From sequence record PX880103.1: 64,000 nt of DNA; one strand, 5' to 3'. A program made the position numbers and the translations under genes. Shown here in pieces: positions 44,373-54,283 of this stretch (positions are counted from its first letter, which is position 1; each line of letters opens with the position of its first letter). The DNA comes from a phage. The notes beneath the pieces are model-generated. The model searched no databases. It had not been told where the DNA came from and worked only from the letters and a program-made list of their open reading frames with translations.

Positions 44373-45573
44373 ATTTTGTAATAATGTCAAACTGTTCTTT
44401 AAAGCAGAAGCTTGAATCTTGATGCTGATACAAAAATTCATATGCTTTTTCTCGCTCACGGTCATAAAGAGCTCGGTCAGATGACAGTTCTTTAATACGT
44501 TCAAATGTTGATTCCATATCATTTTCATCAAACCAAATGATACCGCTATCATGCGAGGTCAAAGGAGTATTATCAACACGGAATTTTAAATTTTCGCCAG
44601 TAGATTTCCAAAATACTGGAATTGTTCCACATGCACCAAGCTCGAGGTGAGTATATTCTAAAGAACGTTGTAGATATTTTTTATCCAACTTACTCAACTG
44701 ATAACCAAATCCGGATTTACTCATGCGTTCAAGCATTTCGCTATTTACATAGCGATCGAGAATTTGCGTTGGCAAATTAGGAGCAATTTTAATTTGGTCT
44801 ACTTGATGAAGACGATAATACTCGTATGGAATTCCTTTTTCTTTAATAGGAATGAACGCTGGAGAACGTTCCAGACCTTCCATAATAGTACTTAGTCCTG
44901 CAGGTTTAAGATGTTTTTCGTGAAAATCAAACATCTGATAAAAACCTTTCCATGTAGTCGTACGACCAATCCAACGGTTGACATTCATGTTAATTTCAGA
45001 AACATCTTTCCAGTAGGTTGACCGAACCTTCGCAATATCCATAGGAGGCTGAAAGTTATATACTGTCGGCGCTTCTTCAATATCATCAAACAAAGAAACT
45101 GTTTCAGGATACCATTCTTTCATCAGAACTTTATTAAAATCACCATTATCAGAATGGCTAAAAATAACATCAGCTCGACGAACAGTTTCTTCTAATCCCA
45201 AATTTCGGCGCAAAGAAAGAGAAGAATGGTCATGCTGATAAACTACAACACGAACAGAAGGTTTAATGTTATCAATAATTTTTTTATAGTTATTAATAGT
45301 GTCTTCTTCAACTGAAGTAGCAGGAACTGAATTGATAATTAGAATATCACAATCATTTACCAGCTTAAGTGTTTTATCGTATTCTTTTGCCAATAAAACC
45401 GGAATTGAAAATGATTTATAATCATGCGCACAGTTACGAGTAAATGATTTATCTTTGGCATAAACCAAAGTTACTTCATGACCATTTTTAATAAACCAAT
45501 CACGTTGCTCAAGAGAAAATTTAGTTACACCACAACCTTCAAGACCTCGAGCCATAAAAATACATACTTTCAT
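44371..45573 (-). CDS. a-gt: DNA alpha-glucosyltransferase
   Basis: 400 aa; long stretches match T4 alpha-gt (CIFMARGLEGCGVTKFSLEQRDWFIKNGHEVTLVYAKDKSF...); ATG confirmed. Confidence 0.9.
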   Translation of the reverse strand: MKVCIFMARGLEGCGVTKFSLEQRDWFIKNGHEVTLVYAKDKSFTRNCAHDYKSFSIPVLLAKEYDKTLKLVNDCDILIINSVPATSVEEDTINNYKKIIDNIKPSVRVVVYQHDHSSLSLRRNLGLEETVRRADVIFSHSDNGDFNKVLMKEWYPETVSLFDDIEEAPTVYNFQPPMDIAKVRSTYWKDVSEINMNVNRWIGRTTTWKGFYQMFDFHEKHLKPAGLSTIMEGLERSPAFIPIKEKGIPYEYYRLHQVDQIKIAPNLPTQILDRYVNSEMLERMSKSGFGYQLSKLDKKYLQRSLEYTHLELGACGTIPVFWKSTGENLKFRVDNTPLTSHDSGIIWFDENDMESTFERIKELSSDRALYDREREKAYEFLYQHQDSSFCFKEQFDIITK

Positions 45574-45626
45574 TTAATATCCTCATTGTTTTGGTTTATT
45601 TTACCAAAAATTTATAAAGCAATATA

Positions 45627-45640
45627 GGAGCCGAAGCTCC
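45627..45640 (-). terminator. GGAGCCGAAGCTCC hairpin
   Basis: ggagc-cgaa-gctcc; no clear T-run, possibly an RNA-stability stem. Confidence 0.35.
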
Positions 45641-45816
45641 TATCCGCATAATACGCCATACAAAGGCTCATTAGAGCTTCTAAATTTTATGCGCTTATAT
45701 GTTATAGTTCCTTCTGCTTTAGCTTTATCATGAGACTCTTTAAAGCGTCTCATCATTTCCTCTTTAGAGGAACGAATTTTATTATAATCTATTTCAGAAG
45801 TCTGGGTGTTCATCTT

Positions 45817-46020
45817 TCATAACTGCCACCATTTTTTAACTTGATAAGAATCAACCCACACTTTCATATTAGGGTCTGCTCTTACAATAGGAGGATTAAC
45901 TTCTTTAATTGAACTATCATGGTATTCTTTTTCAGAAATTTTCACACAAAGATGACCATTCAAAGATTCAGTAAATCCTGCATTAATTTTAAGACGCTTG
46001 AATTTTACGTGTGTAAGCAT
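45817..46020 (-). CDS. Hypothetical protein (67 aa)
   Basis: ATG at 46020 (track start is TTG); overlaps upstream ORF; doubtful. Confidence 0.35.
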   Translation of the reverse strand: MLTHVKFKRLKINAGFTESLNGHLCVKISEKEYHDSSIKEVNPPIVRADPNMKVWVDSYQVKKWWQL

Positions 46021-46306
46021 CAATCATATCCTCAATCTGCGATCTAGTAGTCTTCCAAAGAATACTGATGAGTTCATCGTTATATGGCTGTTTTAGAATA
46101 TCCCGACTTTTCTTGATAGCATATTCGTATTGAGCAAAATTATTGTTTTCAGCTGCAATCTGAGCGTGCTTATAAAGACGGTTCAGTTCGCGTTTGTTTT
46201 TAGATAATAACTTATTTGCTTTTCTTTCTGCTTCAAGACGGTTCTTTTCTTCAATAGAAGAAATAAGCTTTTCCACTTCATCATTAATTTCGGGTTTATC
46301 AGTCAT
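45989..46306 (-). CDS. Hypothetical protein (105 aa)
   Basis: ORF track; helical, charged. Confidence 0.5.
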   Translation of the reverse strand: MTDKPEINDEVEKLISSIEEKNRLEAERKANKLLSKNKRELNRLYKHAQIAAENNNFAQYEYAIKKSRDILKQPYNDELISILWKTTRSQIEDMIDAYTRKIQAS

Positions 46307-46307
46307 A

Positions 46308-46526
46308 TTATTTCTCTAATATAAAATAAAAATCATCATCTGTTAAATGATACCGATAGTTTAATTCTACACCATTAGATTTAAAAGCGGTATCATACGG
46401 ATTTTCTGGATCAATATCAATGTCAAGAGCTAAAACTTCCCTGAGATACATTTTAAGTAAATAGGGAATAGCTTCAACTTCAGGTATTTCTTCCAAGAAT
46501 CCGGAGAGGTTAATCGTTAGCCTCAT
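46308..46526 (-). CDS. Hypothetical protein (72 aa)
   Basis: ORF track; ATG confirmed. Confidence 0.5.
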
Positions 46527-47067
46527 ATAAAAAATCCAAACTAGGAGAATCGTCTACAACACTTTTCTTTTCAGCCCCCGGTGTTCTATAGGTTGATTCT
46601 TCGTAATGCGTCATTTTATCGTAGATGTCTTGAATAAAAGTTTCATCTACTAACGCAACCATATCGTCGTCACGGCTGTCATAGACATTGTGAACGAAGT
46701 AACTATATTTCTTTGCAACTTCCTTACGTTCTTTTTTAATACGTTGGACGAATGCATTAAAACAAGCTTGAGTTATATACGCATGTGGGTTTTTATATTT
46801 CGTTTCATCAAAATTGTGAAGCCCCTTAATAGAAGCTTCTATACCATCTGCAATCATTTCTTGTTTCCAAGACTGGGTGTATCCTGAAAAGTTGAAACGT
46901 TTAGATAAGCCTTCTGCAATAAGCATAATGGCTAATCCGATAGTATCATTCTGACGAACTACTTTATTTGGGTCTTTATTATTTGCTAATTCTGTTTTCC
47001 AATCAATAATAGCTTGTAAAAGCTCTTTATTGTTTACGTAATTATATTTAGGCTTAGTTTCTGACAT
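46510..47067 (-). CDS. 55: Late-transcription sigma factor gp55
   Basis: 185 aa from ATG at 47067 ([23 protein letters not shown]...), as T4 gp55; track start is GTG two codons upstream. Confidence 0.9.
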
Positions 47068-47149
47068 TTTCACCTCTTAGCTCAATTCATAGATCTATTA
47101 TATCATAATATTTGAAGATCTATCTTAAAGCACAGAGGATGAATCAATT

Positions 47150-47365
47150 TCAAGCATTCATCAGCTTAGCTGCTCCAAGAGCTGCATCTAGTGAATCAAA
47201 TTGGTCAACATATTCAATCAATTCGCCGTAATTAGCATATAACCACCATTGGCTAAATTCATACTCAAGGATGAATCCGTTTCCTTCAATTTGAGTTAAA
47301 CCAATGCCATTTGTATTTACTTCATATCCAGCAAGACGTAAATCGTTAATAAGAGCTTCGTTCAT
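47150..47365 (-). CDS. Hypothetical protein (71 aa, 55.x position)
   Basis: ORF track. Confidence 0.5.
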   Translation of the reverse strand: MNEALINDLRLAGYEVNTNGIGLTQIEGNGFILEYEFSQWWLYANYGELIEYVDQFDSLDAALGAAKLMNA

Positions 47366-47367
47366 AA

Positions 47368-47694
47368 TTATACCTTAGTAATTTTCAGGTCTGCAAATTT
47401 TTTCTTGCGTTGATTTTTCATGCGACGAATAGTTTTATCGGAAATTTCATGCTTTTGATAAGCTTTAGATTCTACACCAAAAGCTTTAACATCAAATTCT
47501 GACAAGATATATTGAACCAGCAATTCACGGACAGTATTGCGTCCAATCTTCTGATCATTCTGTTTCATCATCTGATGAAGCTCTTTTTCCCATTTATCCA
47601 AAATTTGAGGAGTTACAATATCGCCTTTTTCTAACAAAGAAACTACTTTATCATATGCGTAAGAATTGATGGCGTTTTTAATTTGAATAGTCAT
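47368..47694 (-). CDS. Hypothetical protein (108 aa)
   Basis: ORF track; GAGGA SD; basic C-terminus. Confidence 0.5.
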   Translation of the reverse strand: MTIQIKNAINSYAYDKVVSLLEKGDIVTPQILDKWEKELHQMMKQNDQKIGRNTVRELLVQYILSEFDVKAFGVESKAYQKHEISDKTIRRMKNQRKKKFADLKITKV

Positions 47695-47732
47695 ACATTA
47701 TCCTCAATTACGTTAAAATTTTATTATCCAAA

Positions 47733-47748
47733 AAGGGCCGAAGCCCTT
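47733..47748 (-). terminator. GGGCCGAAGCCC hairpin plus T-run
   Basis: aagggc-cgaa-gccctt followed on the minus strand by TTTTTGGATAAT. Confidence 0.55.
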
Positions 47749-47947
47749 AGCTAAACTTTTTGGCACCCTTCCAGCCTTCATACATCATTGCGGCTGATAT
47801 TAATATTGCTCCTGAGCAACTTGAATATTTGTGATTCCAAAACCAGTTCAGAAAAACTTCGTCATCAATACCTTGGGCTATCATATTTTCAAAGAACTGA
47901 CGACGAGCTTCAGCAATTCGCTGCGATAATTTAGATTCAGGATTCAT
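47747..47947 (-). CDS. Hypothetical protein (66 aa)
   Basis: ORF track. Confidence 0.45.
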   Translation of the reverse strand: MNPESKLSQRIAEARRQFFENMIAQGIDDEVFLNWFWNHKYSSCSGAILISAAMMYEGWKGAKKFS

Positions 47948-48082
47948 TTAAATTTCCCACCAATTGCCATTTTCATCAATAAATTTAATCCAGTCATTTA
48001 CTGACCACTTAGTTGTATCGCCTTTTGGAGTAACATTTAAAGTGTATAACCCTTGTTTAAAAAGCATTCGTTTAATATTCAT
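47948..48082 (-). CDS. Hypothetical small protein (44 aa)
   Basis: ATG at 48082 with GAGGAAA SD; the track's longer version overlaps the upstream ORF. Confidence 0.35.
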   Translation of the reverse strand: MNIKRMLFKQGLYTLNVTPKGDTTKWSVNDWIKFIDENGNWWEI

Positions 48083-48089
48083 ATTTTCC

Positions 48090-48383
48090 TCAGCTGTAAC
48101 GATAACACTCGTTTGATTTACGTTTAGCAACTCGTTGAGAAGTATTATAATCAAAATCATCGTCAATGTAAACTGATTTTTTCAACTTTCTTACTTCACC
48201 GCGTAATTGACGATTTAGCTCATCTTTAACTTCTGAATCAATGCCTTTCATTCTACGCCATTTATCTGAGCGAAAAATGTTTTCAACCATATCTTTATGA
48301 CTTACCCCATCAGGAGCTTTACGCTTTCCGAAATAGTCATAATCACGCACTTTTAAGTCTTTACGACGATACGTTTTACCCAT
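48090..48383 (-). CDS. Highly basic hypothetical protein (97 aa)
   Basis: ATG at 48383 (MGKTYRRKDLKVRDYDYFGKRK...); the track N-terminus is upstream read-through. Confidence 0.45.
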   Translation of the reverse strand: MGKTYRRKDLKVRDYDYFGKRKAPDGVSHKDMVENIFRSDKWRRMKGIDSEVKDELNRQLRGEVRKLKKSVYIDDDFDYNTSQRVAKRKSNECYRYS

Positions 48384-48552
48384 GGAGTTTAATTTCCTTA
48401 GCAACTGAACTAAATACAGCACGATCACAAATCATACGTTTGTTCCATTTAATCACAGTATAATGAACATCTAGATCATCGACTGCTGTAACAATAACGA
48501 TATGTCCGTTAACACGATAATACTGGTCAATTTTAATCTCTTTATCAACCAT
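48376..48552 (-). CDS. Hypothetical small protein (58 aa)
   Basis: Below track cutoff; first ORF after the 48583-48612 promoter; SD GAGGAA. Confidence 0.4.
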   Translation of the reverse strand: MVDKEIKIDQYYRVNGHIVIVTAVDDLDVHYTVIKWNKRMICDRAVFSSVAKEIKLHG

Positions 48553-48582
48553 ATCAATTCCTCAAAGGTAATTCATATGTTA

Positions 48583-48612
48583 ATAATACCATAGTTTGAA
48601 CTTGTTGTAAAC
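48583..48612 (-). promoter_or_regulatory. Early promoter (GTTTAC-N18-TATTAT)
   Basis: Minus strand GTTTACaacaagttcaaactatggTATTAT. Confidence 0.6.
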
Positions 48613-48693
48613 AACTTTGTGAAAAATATTTTAGGGAATGATAAGAAAGGAACGATAGCTTAGAATGGTAATATACAGAATGCGAGAAAGAAA

Positions 48694-48706
48694 GGCCCAG
48701 AGGGCC
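48694..48706 (-). terminator. GGCCC/GGGCC hairpin plus T-rich tail after nrdH
   Basis: ggccc-aga-gggcc followed on the minus strand by TTTCTTTCTC. Confidence 0.5.
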
Positions 48707-48710
48707 CGTC

Positions 48711-49019
48711 TTAATCTTCTATGATATCTCTATCATATCCAAGTGAAATGAGAGTTTCTTTGAAGTGTTTAATGTTCTTTTGTCTAGAATCATTAATGAA
48801 AATGACTGGATAACGAATGTTAAGAGATGTGAATCCAGCGCGTTTAGCAAGAGATACAATCAGCGGACGATCATACTCAATCTTACCATTATTTGTAAGA
48901 ACTTTATAGAAAGTAAAAGGAGCATTGAGCTCCTTTAGAAGTTTTGTAACTGATTGACATCCAGGACAACGACCTACTTCATCTGGAATTCCATAGACTT
49001 CAATCTTATTTTGTTTCAC
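48711..49019 (-). CDS. nrdH: Glutaredoxin-like protein NrdH
   Basis: 102 aa; redox motif CPGC near N-terminus; position upstream of nrdG/nrdD. Confidence 0.75.
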   Translation of the reverse strand: MKQNKIEVYGIPDEVGRCPGCQSVTKLLKELNAPFTFYKVLTNNGKIEYDRPLIVSLAKRAGFTSLNIRYPVIFINDSRQKNIKHFKETLISLGYDRDIIED

Positions 49020-49021
49020 AA

Positions 49022-49234
49022 CTATTCCTTACTAAGAGCAGCATTCAACTTGTTAGTAATTTTATCCAGACGCTCATTGAACTCGCTAGAAGATAAACCC
49101 TTTTCTGGAGAAATCAAACTAATCACGAAAAATATAGCAATAAAAGGAATAAGGAAAATAGCTCCAACTGCCATAAACAGAAAGAATGTTACAGTTGTAA
49201 GAAAATCAGCTAAACCTTTACGAAATTTATACAT
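49022..49234 (-). CDS. Small membrane protein (70 aa)
   Basis: ORF track; long hydrophobic stretch. Confidence 0.5.
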   Translation of the reverse strand: MYKFRKGLADFLTTVTFFLFMAVGAIFLIPFIAIFFVISLISPEKGLSSSEFNERLDKITNKLNAALSKE

Positions 49235-49352
49235 TTACATTTACCCTTAATTGATTAACCAAGCATTGATAAGCACTAAACTATACTGTGAATAAAATTC
49301 TGGACCAAAATGAAAAATCATATCATTTATAGTATCCATAATATAATTCAAT

Positions 49353-49823
49353 TTAATCATGTTTCCACACCCCATCGGTATTTGACCAAAGTCGCTGATT
49401 ATCTGATCCTCGCCACAGCTTTTTAGTCGGAAGATTTTTCTCATACTTCCCATCAATAATAACATCAACATATTTAAGCATTTCTAGTTGTTTAATATCT
49501 TCAAACTTATATCCTGTCCACAACCAAATGCTTTTATTGGGATAAAGATTTTTTACTGTTTGAACAATGCAATGAATAACATCTCGGTTATCAGGATAGA
49601 GAGGGTCTCCTCCAGTTATAGTTAATCCTTCTATATAATCATTATCCAAACATTCAATTAATTGTTCTAGTGTTTCACCGGTGAATGGAATACCATTTCT
49701 AGCATTCCATGTTGATTTATTATAACACCCTTCGCATTTATGCAAACAACCTGTAACGAAAAGAACGACCCTGCAACCAGGGCCATTCACAAAATCGCAA
49801 GGATAAAATCTATCATAATTCAT
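49353..49823 (-). CDS. nrdG: Anaerobic ribonucleotide reductase activase NrdG (radical SAM)
   Basis: 156 aa as in T4 NrdG; CLHKCEGC cluster motif. Confidence 0.9.
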   Translation of the reverse strand: MNYDRFYPCDFVNGPGCRVVLFVTGCLHKCEGCYNKSTWNARNGIPFTGETLEQLIECLDNDYIEGLTITGGDPLYPDNRDVIHCIVQTVKNLYPNKSIWLWTGYKFEDIKQLEMLKYVDVIIDGKYEKNLPTKKLWRGSDNQRLWSNTDGVWKHD

Positions 49824-51637
49824 TGGTGTTTAACCCTATGCATGATTTCTTTATTTTTACCGAGATTAAATCCGCGCTCGTTCGGATTTCCCAAATAACC
49901 ACATGTTCTTCTTATGGTATTCATCTTTTTAGGATCAGTTTCTCCACAAATAGAACAAACAAATCCATTTTCAGTAGGAGTCATTTCATGGGTACTTCCA
50001 CATGTAAAACATTTATCTACTGGCATATTAACACCAAAATAATCTAAATGTTGTGCAGCATAATCCCATACGGCCTCAAGACCTTTTAAGTTATTTTTCA
50101 TATCAGGAAGTTCAACATAAGAAATGTGACCACCTGTCGCAATGAAATGATACGGCGCTTCACGAGAAATCTTTTCAAACGGAGTAATATTTTCTTCTAC
50201 TGAAACATGGAAACTGTTAGTGTACCAGCCTTTATCGGTAACATCTTTTACACTTCCATATTTTTCTGTATCAAGTTTACAGAAGCGATAACAAAGGTTT
50301 TCAGCAGGAGTCGAATATAAACTAAAAGCAAATCCGGTTCTTTCAGTCCACTGTTTAAGATGAGCATTCATTTTAGTTAAAATTTCTCGTCCAATATCAC
50401 GACCGACAAGAATATTCAATTCGTGAATACCAATGTATCCTAAAGACACTGAACTTCTACCGTTTTTAAATAACTCAATTATGTCGTCATCAGGTTTAAG
50501 ACGAACCCCGAATGCACCTTCTTGGTAAAGAATAGGAGCAACAGTTGCTTTAACTCCTTTTAAGGAACTAATTCTACACATCAAAGCTTCAAAACACAAA
50601 TCCATTCGTTCATTGAATAATTCAACAAATTTCTGTTCATTGAACTGTGTTCCAATATAAGAATCTAACGCAATGCGAGGAAGATTCAGTGTTACAACAC
50701 CAAGATTATTACGTCCATCAAGAATTTCATTGCCAGTCGAATCTTTCCATACGCTCAAAAAACTACGGCAACCCATTGGAGAAACAGGAACAGATGAACC
50801 AGTGATAGCTTTATTGTTCTTAGCTGAAATAATATCAGGATACATCCTTTTGCTTGCACACTCTAGAGCAAGCTGCTTAATATCATAGTTCGGATCGTCT
50901 TTATAAAGATTAACACCTTCTTCAACGAACATAACAAGCTTAGGGAAAATAGGAGTTATTCCATCACGACCAAGACCTTTAATACGATTTTTCAGAATTG
51001 CTTTCTGAATCATTCGTTCAGTCCAGTCAGTTCCCGTACCAAATGTAATTGTTACAAAAGGAGTCTGTCCGTTTGAACTAAAGAGAGTATTTACTTCATA
51101 TTCATAAGCTTGGAATGCATCGTATACGTCTTTTTCTGTTTTAGATTGAGCATAATTCAACGCATCAGCGATTTGCCATTTTTCTGCATCCTCAATATGT
51201 TTTGCATAGGTGCGTTTAACATAAGGAGAAAGTACTTTATCTACATTCGCAAAAGTCGTTCCGCCATATTGGTGAGAAGCAACTTGTGCAGTAATTTGTG
51301 CCATAATTGCAGTAGCAACGCCAATTGATTTAGGAGTTTCAATCTGTGCATTACCTAGCTTAAATCCGTTCTCAAGCATTCCTTTTAAATCTACTAAACA
51401 GCAATTAGTAAATGGAAGAGCAGGGGAATAATCAATATCATGGAAATGAATAATTCCGCTTTCATGCGCTTTCATAATAAAAGACGGGACCATATTTTTG
51501 GCAATGTGTTTAGACACAATACCAGCCATAAGGTCCCGTTGAGTTGGAAAAACACGAGAATCTTTATTAGCATTCTCGTTTAAAAGGTCTTTATTAGTTT
51601 TATGAATCAATCCTTCAATTTCTTTTTCAATTGTCAT
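49820..51637 (-). CDS. nrdD: Anaerobic ribonucleotide reductase NrdD, uninterrupted
   Basis: 605 aa; C-terminal glycyl-radical motif RRTCGYLG and zinc ribbon CFTCGS...CSICG; no intron interruption. Confidence 0.95.
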   Translation of the reverse strand: MTIEKEIEGLIHKTNKDLLNENANKDSRVFPTQRDLMAGIVSKHIAKNMVPSFIMKAHESGIIHFHDIDYSPALPFTNCCLVDLKGMLENGFKLGNAQIETPKSIGVATAIMAQITAQVASHQYGGTTFANVDKVLSPYVKRTYAKHIEDAEKWQIADALNYAQSKTEKDVYDAFQAYEYEVNTLFSSNGQTPFVTITFGTGTDWTERMIQKAILKNRIKGLGRDGITPIFPKLVMFVEEGVNLYKDDPNYDIKQLALECASKRMYPDIISAKNNKAITGSSVPVSPMGCRSFLSVWKDSTGNEILDGRNNLGVVTLNLPRIALDSYIGTQFNEQKFVELFNERMDLCFEALMCRISSLKGVKATVAPILYQEGAFGVRLKPDDDIIELFKNGRSSVSLGYIGIHELNILVGRDIGREILTKMNAHLKQWTERTGFAFSLYSTPAENLCYRFCKLDTEKYGSVKDVTDKGWYTNSFHVSVEENITPFEKISREAPYHFIATGGHISYVELPDMKNNLKGLEAVWDYAAQHLDYFGVNMPVDKCFTCGSTHEMTPTENGFVCSICGETDPKKMNTIRRTCGYLGNPNERGFNLGKNKEIMHRVKHQ

Positions 51638-52107
51638 TTTAAACTCTTTCTAAGCTGCTTCTTAAATGAAGCTATTAACTGTGTTTTGGTGTCAGATTCA
51701 TTATATTCAAATCCTCTTTGAAGCATCTCGGCCATCATTTCCTCTTTTCCTAAACGAGAAAATTCCTTTGATTTATCTCCAACAAAGTTAGGGTGAATAT
51801 TATTTTGGGTGTAATCGGATTTTAAATAAGTAAGTAAATTTTCTAACCATTCAAGATAATCAACACCTTGTCCCTTTAAGCCAGAACGATTAAATTTGTG
51901 CTTCATTTGACCTTCTGCAGCATTGCAGAGATTACAAAGCAATCCACGCACCTTTCCTGCTTTTGGTCCATTTAATTCATGGTCATGGTCGAGGTGATTA
52001 GCTTGAACATCAGGATTTAGTTCTCGTTGGCAAATTAAGCATTTACCGTTTTGTGCATCATAAAATTTCTGTTTTTCTTCTTTATATAATTTGCCAGTCA
52101 ATAACAT
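51634..52107 (-). CDS. 49: Endonuclease VII (Holliday junction resolvase) gp49
   Basis: 157 aa as in T4 endo VII; zinc/His-Cys region CLICQRELNPDVQANHLDHDHELNGPK...CNLCN. Confidence 0.85.
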   Translation of the reverse strand: MLLTGKLYKEEKQKFYDAQNGKCLICQRELNPDVQANHLDHDHELNGPKAGKVRGLLCNLCNAAEGQMKHKFNRSGLKGQGVDYLEWLENLLTYLKSDYTQNNIHPNFVGDKSKEFSRLGKEEMMAEMLQRGFEYNESDTKTQLIASFKKQLRKSLK

Positions 52108-52148
52108 AATAAACCCTTACCTTAAATAGATAAGGGTATTTATTATTT

Positions 52149-52634
52149 TCAAGTATTGTAAAACATTTGATGCAATCGCTTATATTGCCGAATCTTTTGG
52201 TCAGAAAAAGAAATTTGAGTTTCAAGCCATTCAATGTACTCTGCGGCAGCTTGCATCAGGTTACCTTCATAGCCATCGTTATTTTCTTGTGCAGCTAATT
52301 TAGCTAATGCGTATGAAATGCGTTCACCTTGAAAATCGGCTTTAGGCTTCTGAACAACTTGATTAGTTCGCTCTACAACTTCTTCAATTTCGCCATTTTC
52401 GACTGATTCAGTATTCCACAAACACCAGTACGTAATTGGCTTATCGTAGATGTTAATAATCTTTCCGTCGGAAAGTTCAATTTCAATAATTCCAGTGTCA
52501 GGCTCTATATCATCTTCGCATTCTTTTGCAAGTTCACGAACTTTAAAGACAGTACCTGCACTAAGTTCTGGCCAGTAATTACACAGCCCTGTATCAACAC
52601 GATTAATTCTAAACCACTTATCTACTGTAATCAT
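52149..52634 (-). CDS. pin: Pin-like protein (inhibitor of host Lon protease in T4)
   Basis: 161 aa from ATG at 52634, the size and position of T4 pin; identity rests on synteny and size only. Confidence 0.55.
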   Translation of the reverse strand: MITVDKWFRINRVDTGLCNYWPELSAGTVFKVRELAKECEDDIEPDTGIIEIELSDGKIINIYDKPITYWCLWNTESVENGEIEEVVERTNQVVQKPKADFQGERISYALAKLAAQENNDGYEGNLMQAAAEYIEWLETQISFSDQKIRQYKRLHQMFYNT

Positions 52635-52757
52635 GTCCCATCTCCATATCAATTAAGTCATTTATCGTTGGTTCATTATATACTGTTTCTTCATCAGTGT
52701 AAACCGGTTCTTCCGGCTCTGGCTCTACAGTTTCCCATCTAGCCGCCCACCAAGGTT

Positions 52758-53078
52758 TTATAGCGTAATCCATTCTCGTACTGTCTGAGTTACTACACGT
52801 TCTCGAAGCTCAACCAGTTCAACGGTAGGAACTGCATAATACCAGTCAGAATGATAAGAACCTGAGCGAGATTCATTTACAGCCACATGTACATTATGTT
52901 TTGGACTAAAATAAACACACTGACGATATTGGCATTTACCATCTTGCACCCAGTCTTCTATTTCGATAGGTTTAAGATAATCGGAAAAATCGAAATCATA
53001 GTTTTCTGAAAATGCATCGTGGTCTTCGATGATTTCGCTCAGAACTGCATCAACATCTAATTTATTTTCAATAGTCAT
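52758..53078 (-). CDS. Hypothetical protein (106 aa)
   Basis: ORF track; acidic. Confidence 0.5.
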   Translation of the reverse strand: MTIENKLDVDAVLSEIIEDHDAFSENYDFDFSDYLKPIEIEDWVQDGKCQYRQCVYFSPKHNVHVAVNESRSGSYHSDWYYAVPTVELVELRERVVTQTVREWITL

Positions 53079-53089
53079 TTTTTCACCAA

Positions 53090-53299
53090 TTAATTTCGCA
53101 ATTTATTAAGTTCTTCATAATCAATCCAGGATTCTAATCCTGATGGCAAATCAGATTCAATTTCCCAAAGAAGTTCTTCAATTTTATGAAGACGATCTAG
53201 TTCTTCAGCTGGAATAGTAACCATTGATGGAGTTCTTGATACACTAATATCGTAAATCATATTTACCCCAGTTTGACCATACAATCGCCGTATTTCCAC
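53090..53299 (-). CDS. Hypothetical protein (69 aa)
   Basis: ORF track. Confidence 0.45.
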   Translation of the reverse strand: MEIRRLYGQTGVNMIYDISVSRTPSMVTIPAEELDRLHKIEELLWEIESDLPSGLESWIDYEELNKLRN

Positions 53300-53478
53300 T
53301 TAGAAATAGACTTTTCGCCATTAGAATAATAAACTTCAAGTTTAGCACGGTTATTTTTAATTTGAATAACCTTTGCTGTCATCAAAGTTCCATACCCATA
53401 ATAAACTGCAACTTCATCACCTACATATACCGCGCTTCCGCGGTAGTCATGGATATAATCAGTTCCTTCGAGCATCAT
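53263..53478 (-). CDS. Hypothetical protein (71 aa)
   Basis: ORF track; overlaps neighbours. Confidence 0.45.
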   Translation of the reverse strand: MMLEGTDYIHDYRGSAVYVGDEVAVYYGYGTLMTAKVIQIKNNRAKLEVYYSNGEKSISKWKYGDCMVKLG

Positions 53479-53738
53479 TTAAAGTATTCCCGCAATTGGT
53501 CAAATCCACCAATATGACTTCCATCAGGAGCAAATACCTGAGGCATTGTCAAGCCGATTTGAGTATCACGACCTAGTTTAGTCAGAAGCTCAGCGATTTT
53601 TTCATCATCAAAAACACCTTTTTCCGGCATAATGTTGATAAATTCAAACGGCTGTTTCTTCACGGTCAAAAGACGTTTTGCATTATCACAATACACACAT
53701 TTATGGATGTTGCTATCATAACCATATACTTTAAACAT
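53475..53738 (-). CDS. nrdC: Thioredoxin/glutaredoxin NrdC
   Basis: 87 aa as in T4 NrdC; active site CVYC. Confidence 0.85.
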   Translation of the reverse strand: MFKVYGYDSNIHKCVYCDNAKRLLTVKKQPFEFINIMPEKGVFDDEKIAELLTKLGRDTQIGLTMPQVFAPDGSHIGGFDQLREYFK

Positions 53739-53739
53739 A

Positions 53740-53982
53740 TTATTCCTTAATTCCTAGTACTTGTTTAAAAGTCTCATCGTAATCAAGACTTTGGCCCGTC
53801 TGTTCTTTATGTTTGTATATAATATCACTTACTTCTGATAGCATATTTTTATATGAACGAGTTAAAGCAGATTTAAGCACGCTGTATCTATCAGGAAATT
53901 TACCATGTTCATTATAATACGCTATTGCTAATTCACGGACTGCCTTTTCAGCAGTCTCCATATATTCTTTACGCTTTGTCAT
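53740..53982 (-). CDS. Hypothetical protein (about 80 aa, nrdC.1 position)
   Basis: Internal ATG at 53982 preferred; the track's 127-aa version overlaps the upstream zinc-ribbon ORF; start uncertain (alternative ATG at 53961). Confidence 0.4.
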
Positions 53983-54283
53983 TTTCTTCTCGGTCAAATC
54001 GGTGTTTACAATGGCGGCATTTATAACGAAGATTACTAGTCTGCCAATGGACCAATTGCACCTGTTCAGTTCCACATTCAGGGCAATTAGGAACGTTTTT
54101 AGAAGCACGTTCGCGACGTTCAACCATAACCATTACAGAATCCCAATTAACAGGAGGGCTATAATCATCACAACCATGAATCTTTCCACGCATTTCCAGA
54201 TCGTCTTCTTCACCAGCCATAATAATTTTAATTAGACTAGAATTACTTGAAGCTGCAATGTCTTCTAATAAACGCTTTTTCAT
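53969..54283 (-). CDS. Zinc-ribbon protein (104 aa)
   Basis: CPECGTEQ...17 aa...CRHCKH, TFIIS-like C4 ribbon; ATG confirmed. Confidence 0.55.

Noticed and set aside
44331-44552. 73-aa ORF overlapping the alpha-gt 3' end
   Set aside because: Out-of-frame overlap with alpha-gt, whose identity is unambiguous; the region is better explained as hairpin plus middle promoter for gene 47.
49247-49471. 74-aa minus-strand ORF overlapping the nrdG start region
   Set aside because: Overlaps the well-supported nrdG (radical-SAM motif CLHKCEGC) in another frame; the nrdH-nrdG intergenic part has no convincing start signal.
49820-51637. Possible group I intron with homing endonuclease in nrdD, as in T4
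   Set aside because: nrdD is one continuous 605-codon ORF ending in the glycyl-radical motif; no intron-like interruption is visible.
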